Numbered from the stretch's first letter, positions 1 to 7,002 are shown. The stretch is DNA of 21,229 bases from Polyangiales bacterium (GCA_045106895.1 JBGCFM010000280.1:1-21229); one strand, 5' to 3'. Numbers and translations are program-made. The notes: generated by a model from the sequence alone, not told the origin.

Positions 1-231
1 ATTCGACATGAACGAGAAGGCGAGCACCTCCATGCCCCATAACTGTGCGTAGTGCCCCAGCAAGTACAGAATGGCTTCGTTGGTCTCGTGGTCCGGCCTC
101 AGCAGATAGAAGCGATGCATGGTGCGCACGCTCGCGAACACCGTCTGTCCCGGCAGGATGATCTGACGATTCTTGCTGCGCCGTTTCGCTTTGCTGCCGT
201 TCTTCGCTTGGTGCTTCTGCTGCTTCGCCAT
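1..231 (-). CDS. RAYT / IS200-like HUH Y1 transposase, N-terminal part (runs off the window)
   Basis: Manual translation from ATG at 231: MAKQQKHQAKNGSKAKRRSKNRQIILPGQTVFASVRTMHRFYLLRPDHETNEAILYLLGHYAQLWGMEVLAFSFMSN. The 'RQIxPG...R-F/Y-LLRP...N..YLL...A...MSN' pattern precedes the HUH motif (MSNHxH) in Y1 transposases; the HUH itself would lie just outside the window. Confidence 0.75.
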   Translation of the reverse strand, partial: MAKQQKHQAKNGSKAKRRSKNRQIILPGQTVFASVRTMHRFYLLRPDHETNEAILYLLGHYAQLWGMEVLAFSFMSN

Positions 232-243
232 GCAGCATGCACC

Positions 244-258
244 GCACGAATCGCGCCG
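244..258 (-). promoter_or_regulatory. possible sigma54 (-24/-12) promoter of the transposase
   Basis: Minus strand CGGCGCGATTCGTGC = GG-N10-GC; predicted +1 about 232, adjacent to the ATG at 231. Weaker match than the other two sites. Confidence 0.35.
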
Positions 259-404
259 CAGCTTTCGATGCAGAAACCCATACGCTGCCGATGCTCACGG
301 ATGCGAAACGCCAGACGACGCCATTGCCGCCGCCAAATCGCCGGTGACAGCGAATGGCTTTTACTCGGAGAACTAGGTGATGCCGCGGTGATTCCGCGAG
401 GGAG

Positions 405-1886
405 CTAGTCCGCGCGAAAGAACGAAACCACCACCCGCTTTGCGAAGGGTGCCTCTGACGAAACGACGTCGATGGTGCCGCCATAGCGATGTACCGCGGC
501 AGCGACGAGGCCGAGCCCCTGGTCGACGCGCCGGTCGAAGAGGATTTCTGGGTCGAAGGTCTCGTTGCTCGAGTCGTGAACTTCGAAGGAGACGGTCTCT
601 TCCCCCGTGTCCTCCATCGTCACCGCAACGGCGAAGCGGATGTGGCGCGCTTGGTCCTCCGCGCCAACGGCGAGCACGGCGTTGCGAAGGATGTTCTTGA
701 GAATCAGCACGAGGTCTACGCGAAATACATCGAGCAGGAGTGCGCCGTCTTCGCTTTCGTCGTCGGCCCTCGGAGCATCGATCTCAAGGGCGTCAAGCTC
801 GATGGCGCCGGCGCTGTGTTCGGAACGAACCGCTTGCACGACTTCTTCGAGCAGCGTCTCATCGACGAGTGTTCGCGCCAGGTCGCCGATCATCGAGGCT
901 AGGTGGGCGTCGAGTTCCATCAAGGTGCGATGAGCGCGGGCGAGTCGATTCATTGCGCGTTTAGAACCGGAGCCGATGGCTTCTTCGAGGCGGGCGATGG
1001 CGCGCACGGCGCGATCCGCACGCCGAAACCATGGGTCCCGGCGAAGGTCGACTCGGTGCCCTAGGGCTCCCTCGAAGGCGAGCAAGTGCCCTTCCCATGC
1101 GCCCCGAAGCGGCTGGCCTCCGTAGAGGCGTTCTTTGAGAAACGCCCGGTCTGCATCTTTGCCTTCGTTGAGCGAGTCCGCCGCGGCACCAATCCGGTGC
1201 TTGAGAAACTCATGGCGGAGTGAACCCACGAGGTATGCGACGGAAGGGTGAAACTCTGGGCTCTTGTCGACGAGCTGCGCCAGTCGCATCCCGCGGCCGC
1301 GGAGCCAGCGATAGAGCACGCCAAATACGAGGGTTAGGGCCATACCAAAGAGCGCGCCGGCGAAGAGCGTGCCCCACGGGATGGGGGACTCGTGGGCTTC
1401 CGCGTTGGCGGAAGGACGCGGGCTCGTTTGAAATACACCGGCGAGCCTCGGGTCTAGCTCCGCCAGTTCGCCCCGCGCTGCTTCCGCGGAGTCGCTCTCG
1501 GGGAACGCCGTCAGGTATTTCGTGTAGTACTCCGCGGCCCGCAGCGTGAGGCCTTGCGCCCCGCACGCGCGAGCCAGGGGCAGGTAGAGCGAAGGGTCGA
1601 TGGGGGCGATGGCAACGCCGGCGGCAAGGTCCGCGCGCGCTCCTTCCTCTCCTCGCTCTAGGCGTGCGATGCCAAGTCGATAGTGCTGGTCCGCGGCCTC
1701 GAGCCTCCGCCTCGCTTCGCGGCCCTCCGGCGATTCAGAGTCGATGGCTTCCCAAAGCGAATGCGCGCTCACGTCGCCTGCGACGAAGGCCTCCTGCGCT
1801 GCACGCCACAAGGCGTCTTGGGGCACCGCGTCCGGCGTGCAGGCTTCTACCGAGAGCAGCAGCAGAAGTAGAAGGCAGCGTCGCAC
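405..1886 (-). CDS. atypical membrane sensor histidine kinase-like protein (signal/lipobox, TPR-like region, TM helix, His-box, HATPase_c)
   Basis: Hydrophobic signal ending in VEAC; helical TPR-like segment (AAEYYTKYLTAFPESDSAEAAR); TM WGTLFAGALFGMALTLVFGVLY; SLRHEFLKH His-box-like; N-box LKNILRNA; degenerate G1 EVHDSS; G2 GLGL...YGGTI. Confidence 0.7.
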   Translation of the reverse strand: MRRCLLLLLLLSVEACTPDAVPQDALWRAAQEAFVAGDVSAHSLWEAIDSESPEGREARRRLEAADQHYRLGIARLERGEEGARADLAAGVAIAPIDPSLYLPLARACGAQGLTLRAAEYYTKYLTAFPESDSAEAARGELAELDPRLAGVFQTSPRPSANAEAHESPIPWGTLFAGALFGMALTLVFGVLYRWLRGRGMRLAQLVDKSPEFHPSVAYLVGSLRHEFLKHRIGAAADSLNEGKDADRAFLKERLYGGQPLRGAWEGHLLAFEGALGHRVDLRRDPWFRRADRAVRAIARLEEAIGSGSKRAMNRLARAHRTLMELDAHLASMIGDLARTLVDETLLEEVVQAVRSEHSAGAIELDALEIDAPRADDESEDGALLLDVFRVDLVLILKNILRNAVLAVGAEDQARHIRFAVAVTMEDTGEETVSFEVHDSSNETFDPEILFDRRVDQGLGLVAAAVHRYGGTIDVVSSEAPFAKRVVVSFFRAD

Positions 1887-1940
1887 CGGGTGATCTTGGC
1901 ACAGACGGCGGCTTGAGTACCAAAAGACGTCGCGCGGTAG

Positions 1941-1946
1941 TATTCT
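1941..1946 (+). promoter_or_regulatory. -10 element, probable leaderless promoter
   Basis: TATTCT 6 nt upstream of the GTG start at 1953; no Shine-Dalgarno visible. Confidence 0.4.
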
Positions 1947-1952
1947 ACGAAG

Positions 1953-2396
1953 GTGCCTCGCCTCTTAGTTATCGAAGACGGTACAGAGTACGAGGAGTTC
2001 GCTCGGGCCTTTCTGTCCGACTACCTCATCGACACAGCTCACTCCGCAAAAGAAGCCCTCGCTCACCTCAGCGAGGAGCCTTGCGACGGTTTGCTCGTCG
2101 ACCTTCGCTTCGAACGTTCCCCTGCCATCGACCTCGTCGGCGGAGTCGAGTCCACGGCGCGGCGTCGCTTTGGAGGAGACACCCATCGGGCGATCCGGCA
2201 CCTCAAGGAACAGCAAGGCACGTTGGTTCTCGGTGAGTTGCGCCGAGCAGGGCACCACCAGCCGGCGGTCTTCGTTCACGACTTTCCGCCCCGCCGTCTC
2301 GCCAACCTTCGGAAACTCTACGGCGACGTGTTCGCCGTCGCCGCCTTCGATGCCAAAGCCATCACCGACGCTCTGCAGGGCCAAGATGTACTCTGA
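1953..2396 (+). CDS. stand-alone response-regulator receiver-domain protein (atypical)
   Basis: LLVIED acidic pocket, AHSAKEAL, GLLVD phosphoacceptor Asp, long insert after it; canonical Thr/Ser and Lys-Pro not evident. Confidence 0.8.
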   Translation: MPRLLVIEDGTEYEEFARAFLSDYLIDTAHSAKEALAHLSEEPCDGLLVDLRFERSPAIDLVGGVESTARRRFGGDTHRAIRHLKEQQGTLVLGELRRAGHHQPAVFVHDFPPRRLANLRKLYGDVFAVAAFDAKAITDALQGQDVL

Positions 2397-2727
2397 CCCG
2401 CTCCTCGCGTTGGAACACGACGTGGCGAAATACATCGTCCGAACCGCCCGCAACCTACGCGATGGGCCCGTGCCAAGCCCGCTCCGAGCAATGTTAGTTC
2501 GGGACCTCTATGGCCGCGAAGGGGAGCCGGGGCCCAGTCAACGCTTCGAAGAAAACGCAGCCGCGCTGGATACCCAAAGACGCGACAAGTGCGCCTCGGA
2601 CTTTCTTCGCCTCGCGGAGCTGGAGACCCAAGTTCGTGTTGGCGACGACGATGCGACACAGGAGGCGCTGACCCTCGCGCGTGCCATCGCCCGCCGCATT
2701 CACGAAGCGAGGTCGGAGCAGTCATGA
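2386..2727 (+). CDS. small helical hypothetical protein with His-box-like motif (LEHDVAKY)
   Basis: ATG at 2386 overlaps the upstream stop and its TGA overlaps the next ATG (ATGA at 2724-2727), indicating coupling; 113 aa, MYSDPLLALEHDVAKYIVRTARNL... Confidence 0.7.
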   Translation: MYSDPLLALEHDVAKYIVRTARNLRDGPVPSPLRAMLVRDLYGREGEPGPSQRFEENAAALDTQRRDKCASDFLRLAELETQVRVGDDDATQEALTLARAIARRIHEARSEQS

Positions 2728-4475
2728 CCCGCTCCGTGTCCATCGGGGCCTCCCCTGCGCCCAAGGTTCTCGTCGTCGACGACGGCGACCAGTACGTCGA
2801 GCTCTTCCATGCGCTCATGCGCGACTACCGCTACGCGACACGCTGCGAACTCCGAGGTCCCTGTTGGACATGCCCGCATCAAGCGGGATGTCAGCTGACG
2901 CACGCCCACGATTGGGCGGAAACAGAGCAAGCCCTCGCGCGCCACGAAGACCTGGACCTTGTGCTGCTCGACATGAGCTTTGATTTGCCCGCGTCGCGTC
3001 TGCTTCCTTCGGAGGGTCCCATCGCTACACGTCGACGTAGCGAAGGCCTTCGAATCCTCGATCGAATCCGTGCCGTTCGTCGTGACCTACCGGTAGTGCT
3101 CATGTCTTCGGAGAAGAACATCGAGTTGGATCAGCGAGGAGCCCTCGGCGCCGACGAGTACCTCACCTTCGCCGGAGAGTCGGCGTTTGATGTACGCGCC
3201 CTCAGCTTGCTCATCGAGCGAATTCTCGCCTCGCGTCGTGTGGCGCGAACCGAGGACGGCGATGACTACGTCTGGGGTCAAACGAGCGCGATGGGGCGCC
3301 TGCGTCGAAGTGCAAAAGCCCTCGCCCGGACGTCCTTGCCCGTGCTTCTTCTCGGCGAGACCGGCACCGGCAAGAGCGCCCTGGCTCAGCGGGTGATCCA
3401 CCTCGCGGGTCGCCCTAAGGGGCCCTTCGTTGCCGTCGACCTGGCTGCAATCCCGGACAACTTGATGGCCGCGGAGCTTTTTGGCTCGGCTCTCGGCGCC
3501 TTCAGCGGCGCGGTGAACCGACCCGGCAAATTCGAAGAAGCGCAGGGCGGCACGCTCTTTCTGGACGAGGTCGGAAACCTCCCGCCCTCGGCGCAGCGGA
3601 TGCTCTTGCTCGCGCTCCAAGATGGCAAGGTCACTCGCCTCGGCGAAACCAAGGTACGTGCGGTAGACGTCAAAGTCGTCGCGGCGACGAACGCGGACCT
3701 CGGCGAGATGGTTCGTAGCGGGGCCTTTCGCGCGGACCTTCTCGCGCGACTGAACCCTGCCGCAGCGCTTCGCATTCCGCCACTCCGCGAGCGCAGCACA
3801 GACTTCGAAGCGCTGATGCGCACCTTCGCGAAGAAACGATTCGCGTCCGGAGGCGACCGAGAACTTCTCGCTGAGTACCAACGCGCCATCGGTGTTGATG
3901 GGCCTCCAAACGCCGCCCTCGCGATCGGTCCTTCAGAGGACCCTCAGTCCGGCGTGGTCTTCTCGTTTCCGGCGTCGACGCTCAAACGACTTCGCCAACA
4001 TACGTGGCCCGGCAATGTGCGCGAGCTTGAACTCCTTGTAGGTAACGCGCTCCTTATGACGCTCGCGGATGCGATGAGCGCGGCGGAAGCGGGTCGGCCC
4101 GGTGGGGATGCTTCGCGTCTCCCGGTGTCAGGACGCCTCGTCGCCGATCTCATGCGGAACTCCTGGCTCGACGCAGAGCAGCCGAGCGCTTCGTCAGGGC
4201 TTCAGCTTCCGATGACCCTGGAGCCTCAAGAGCACCTGCGGGATGTGGTGCGTGATCTCGAACGCGCCCTCATGCGAAAGCTCTTCGCCGACTCCGGCGG
4301 CAGCCTGGAGGCCATGGCTCAGGCACTACTCCAAGGCGATGACCAAGGAAATGTGCGCCGGCTCCGCACGCGTCTCCAGCAACTTGGGCTGAGCGTCCGC
4401 GAAATGCGAAGTGATGCTATGAGCACCATCGACGATGCTCACAACATCAAGGTGCGTCGTTCTAAGTTAAATTAG
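2724..4475 (+). CDS. sigma54-dependent enhancer-binding protein (NtrC-like: receiver + AAA+ + C-terminal helical/HTH region)
   Basis: Start reassigned to ATG 2724. VLVVDD/LVLLD receiver; Walker A GETGTGKS; ELFG..GAFSGA; Walker B TLFLDEVG; FRADLLARL; WPGNVRELE. Confidence 0.92.
   Translation: MTRSVSIGASPAPKVLVVDDGDQYVELFHALMRDYRYATRCELRGPCWTCPHQAGCQLTHAHDWAETEQALARHEDLDLVLLDMSFDLPASRLLPSEGPIATRRRSEGLRILDRIRAVRRDLPVVLMSSEKNIELDQRGALGADEYLTFAGESAFDVRALSLLIERILASRRVARTEDGDDYVWGQTSAMGRLRRSAKALARTSLPVLLLGETGTGKSALAQRVIHLAGRPKGPFVAVDLAAIPDNLMAAELFGSALGAFSGAVNRPGKFEEAQGGTLFLDEVGNLPPSAQRMLLLALQDGKVTRLGETKVRAVDVKVVAATNADLGEMVRSGAFRADLLARLNPAAALRIPPLRERSTDFEALMRTFAKKRFASGGDRELLAEYQRAIGVDGPPNAALAIGPSEDPQSGVVFSFPASTLKRLRQHTWPGNVRELELLVGNALLMTLADAMSAAEAGRPGGDASRLPVSGRLVADLMRNSWLDAEQPSASSGLQLPMTLEPQEHLRDVVRDLERALMRKLFADSGGSLEAMAQALLQGDDQGNVRRLRTRLQQLGLSVREMRSDAMSTIDDAHNIKVRRSKLN
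4412..4449. promoter_or_regulatory. candidate upstream activator sequence: two tandem imperfect palindromes
   Basis: GATGCT-atg-AGCACC (4413-4427) and GATGCT-cac-AACATC (4434-4448), 21 bp apart; overall inverted repeat TGATG-N3-TGAGCA-N10-TGCTCA-N3-CATCA; centred about -105 and -84 from the predicted sigma54 start. Confidence 0.55.
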
Positions 4476-4497
4476 GCTTGTTTTTCGGTTCGTGAAG

Positions 4498-4515
4498 TTG
4501 GCCTGCTCGTTGCAT
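4498..4515 (+). promoter_or_regulatory. sigma54 (-24/-12) promoter
   Basis: TTGGCCTGCTCGTTGCAT = TGG-N10-GC with TTGCA; predicted +1 about 4525; RBS AAGGAG 4531-4536; ATG 4544. Confidence 0.75.
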
Positions 4516-4543
4516 TGATCTCTCCCCAAGAAGGAGAGCCACC

Positions 4544-5218
4544 ATGGCCAACGACAACAGCTTGCTCATCGCCCTCGCGGAACTGAAAGACATCGAAGCC
4601 CAGCGCATCGCCGGTGAGCATGCCGCGGAGGCGAAAGCGAAGAAGGACGCAGCCGAAGCCGTCGCCCGGCAAGCCGCCGCCGAAGCCGAGCAGGCAGCCG
4701 AACGAAGAGCGGTCGCGGAAGCGAAGGCACGCCTCGCCTTCGAAGCCGAAGCGAAGTCCGCCGAAGCGGCGTGCGCCTCCAAAGCGCGCATGGACGCGCT
4801 CCAGGCGGAGCTTCAGTCGATTCAAGCGGAGCGACGGGTTCTCCACGAGCGAGTTCTCCAAGCGGCAAGCCCCATCGTTCCGGCACCGTCTCGTTCCCCT
4901 TGGCCCGTCGCCTTCGCGGCGTCCACGGCTGTCGCTATGGCGCTCGGCGCCTGGCTCTTTGTTCGTGGTCCCGAAGTTCAAGTACGCGAAGTGCTAGTCC
5001 CCGTGGCTGCGCCCGTCGCCGCGGTCGCGGAGCCAGCGGCGGAAGAGAGCGCCGTAGTCGAAGCGCCCGTCATTGCGCCCGTTGCCGCCGCGGAACCCGA
5101 AGCTTCGCCGCGAGTCCGCGCTCGCCCACGGCCACGCCGACCACGTCCACAGCAGACGCCAATGTCAGCTCTCGCTGAACTCGACTGCGACGACAACGAC
5201 CCCCTCTGCGGACTCTAA
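4544..5218 (+). CDS. hypothetical single-pass membrane protein (Ala/Glu coiled coil, TM, Pro-rich linker, C-terminal CDDNDPLC)
   Basis: Good RBS; NSLLIALAEL N-terminus, long EAKA-rich helix, TM WPVAFAASTAVAMALGAWLFV, ends LDCDDNDPLCGL. Confidence 0.8.
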   Translation: MANDNSLLIALAELKDIEAQRIAGEHAAEAKAKKDAAEAVARQAAAEAEQAAERRAVAEAKARLAFEAEAKSAEAACASKARMDALQAELQSIQAERRVLHERVLQAASPIVPAPSRSPWPVAFAASTAVAMALGAWLFVRGPEVQVREVLVPVAAPVAAVAEPAAEESAVVEAPVIAPVAAAEPEASPRVRARPRPRRPRPQQTPMSALAELDCDDNDPLCGL

Positions 5219-5325
5219 CCCGCACCCGATTTGGCTCCCGCGCATCTGGAGAAACGTGTCCACCATGGTGGTGGCCCACGCTGGCAAAACTCCAAATGCG
5301 CGGGAGCTTCTTTTATTTTTCGCCG

Positions 5326-5334
5326 TGGTATGCT
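5326..5334 (+). promoter_or_regulatory. extended -10 element, probable leaderless promoter
   Basis: TGgTATGCT 6 nt upstream of ATG 5341, preceded by a T-rich tract; no SD. Confidence 0.5.
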
Positions 5335-5340
5335 CCGCCC

Positions 5341-5775
5341 ATGAAGATTGATCGACGCCGTTTTCTGACGCTTGCTTTCGCGATGGGCGCTGCACCTGGT
5401 TGCATCATTCGTGAAGAGCCCGCGGCCAATACGAGCGGAGCCGAGGTCACCGCGGAAGTGACCGTGCCCCCTCCGAACAACGGGGTCACGATCCGTGGCG
5501 TGACACCGGGATGCGCTGAGGCGGACCCGACGGGCGAGTGCATTCGGTGGCTCGATGAGGCTGCTCCCGGCGACCCTGGGCACTACGCTGCTACCGAGGA
5601 ATGCATCGACTGGTCTCCGGCCGGTGAGTGCATCGGTTGGGACACGGGAGGCGGAGGCTACGCGCCGGCCAGCGAGTGCATCCAATGGGATCCGTCCGGC
5701 GAGTGCATCGGCTGGGAGCCGGTCGTCGAGTGCATTCAATGGGACCCCTCCGGCGAGTGTATCGGCTGGAGCTAA
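5341..5775 (+). CDS. putative Tat-exported lipoprotein with four Cys-x8-Cys (ECIxWDPxGECIGW) repeats
   Basis: Start reassigned to ATG 5341: MKIDRRRFLTLAFAMGAAPGC (twin-Arg RRxFL plus lipobox Cys); repeats visible in protein and DNA (gagtgcatc). Confidence 0.8.
   Translation: MKIDRRRFLTLAFAMGAAPGCIIREEPAANTSGAEVTAEVTVPPPNNGVTIRGVTPGCAEADPTGECIRWLDEAAPGDPGHYAATEECIDWSPAGECIGWDTGGGGYAPASECIQWDPSGECIGWEPVVECIQWDPSGECIGWS
5512..5772 (+). repeat. intragenic coding repeats of the ECIxW unit
   Basis: Seven GA(G/A)TG(C/T)AT(C/T)nnnTGG copies; the last two units (ECIQWDPSGECIGW) are identical in protein and differ only at synonymous sites. Confidence 0.85.
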
Positions 5776-5787
5776 CTCGCCCCGCGC

Positions 5788-7002
5788 ATGGTGAACCGTC
5801 CGAGAGCGCCCCTCTTCTTCGCCCGTTTTGAGGCCGCACGCGCAAAGCTGCGAACCGTCGCCGTCACCGGCACAAATGGAAAGACGTCCACGACGTCCTT
5901 TGTCGGGGCCGTCATTGGGCAGCGAGGTCCCGCCGCGACGGTGACGACGCTTGGAGCGTGGGTGGACGGGGAACGTGTCGCAGGGAAGGGCACTCAGGAG
6001 TTTCTTGGCACCGTCGAAGGCGCGGTGGATGCCGGCGTGGAGATCCTCGCCGTTGAGATGACGAGCAAAGCGCTTCTCGGCGGTTTGGCCTCGCGTTGGC
6101 CGCCGGAGGTCGCGGTCTTCACCAACCTGACACACGATCATCTCGACCTTCACGAAACCGCCGAGGCCTACTTGGCGGCAAAAGCGCAACTATTCCTCTC
6201 GCTTCCCAAGGGCGGCACGGCGGTCCTCAACGCCGACGACCCGGCCTGCGAACTCCTCGCCGAGGTGGTTCCATCACACGCGCGCGTCGTCTGGTACGGG
6301 TCCAATCCGTGTGACCTGCAGCTCGTTGCCACGGAGCCAAGTGGCGCCGGACAGGTGCTCACCCTCGCTCCCAGCGCTGAGTTTCGCGGGCGCGTCCCTG
6401 TGTCCATCAAGCTCCAAGTCGGCGGCGCGTTTCAAGCGCACAATGCGACGGCGGCAGCGCTCGCTTGCGCCGCGCTCGGTCTCGACGCCGAAGCGATTCA
6501 CGACGGGCTCGGCGCCATCGGGAAAATCGCCGGCCGTTTTGAGCGAGTCCACAACGACCCTTGTGTCATTGTCGACTTCGCTCACACCCCTGACGCGCTT
6601 CGCCACGTCCTTGCGTCGGCACGAACCCTTCTTCGTTCCGAGAGCGGTCGTGTGCACTGCGTCTTTGGTTGCGGCGGAGAGCGTGACCGAAGTAAACGTG
6701 CCCCGATGGGAGCGCTTGTAGACGAGCTCGCGGACGTCGTTTGGCTGACCAGCGACAATCCTCGTCGCGAAGATCCAGCGAACATCGCCGCCGATGTCCT
6801 AGAAGGGAGCTCGGGTAGGGCAAACTGGCACCAAGAGCTCGAGCGCTGCAAGGCCATCGAGAGCGCCCTCAGCGACGCGACACCGGACGACGTCATCGTC
6901 ATCGCGGGCAAAGGGCACGAAGCGACGCAAGAAATCTCTGGGGCCTTCCATCCCTTCGCGGATACCGACGAAGTGCGCCGCTATTTTCGTGGCGAAGCGT
7001 AG
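5788..7002 (+). CDS. MurE-like Mur ligase lacking the N-terminal domain
   Basis: VTGTNGKTSTT, FTNLTHDHLD, YLAAKAQLF, NADD, GRFE, VDFAHTPDAL, FGCGGERDRSKR, DNPR (meso-DAP motif), AGKGHE. P-loop begins about 25 aa from the start. Confidence 0.85.
   Translation: MVNRPRAPLFFARFEAARAKLRTVAVTGTNGKTSTTSFVGAVIGQRGPAATVTTLGAWVDGERVAGKGTQEFLGTVEGAVDAGVEILAVEMTSKALLGGLASRWPPEVAVFTNLTHDHLDLHETAEAYLAAKAQLFLSLPKGGTAVLNADDPACELLAEVVPSHARVVWYGSNPCDLQLVATEPSGAGQVLTLAPSAEFRGRVPVSIKLQVGGAFQAHNATAAALACAALGLDAEAIHDGLGAIGKIAGRFERVHNDPCVIVDFAHTPDALRHVLASARTLLRSESGRVHCVFGCGGERDRSKRAPMGALVDELADVVWLTSDNPRREDPANIAADVLEGSSGRANWHQELERCKAIESALSDATPDDVIVIAGKGHEATQEISGAFHPFADTDEVRRYFRGEA

Noticed and set aside
289..298. 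CGATGCTCAC identical to 4433-4442 of the candidate enhancer
   Set aside because: Only a half site, no palindrome, and too close to the putative promoter; a 10-mer match can arise by chance.
52..408. 118-aa plus-strand ORF (and 173..376)
   Set aside because: No recognisable motifs; antisense to the transposase frame, which has clear family motifs.
1897..1914. TTGGCACAGACGGCGGCT as a sigma54 promoter
   Set aside because: Good -24 box but GC falls at N11 rather than N10 and TTGC is absent.
5512..5772. Repeats as a CRISPR array
   Set aside because: In-frame coding repeats with synonymous variation, irregular spacing and no cas genes.
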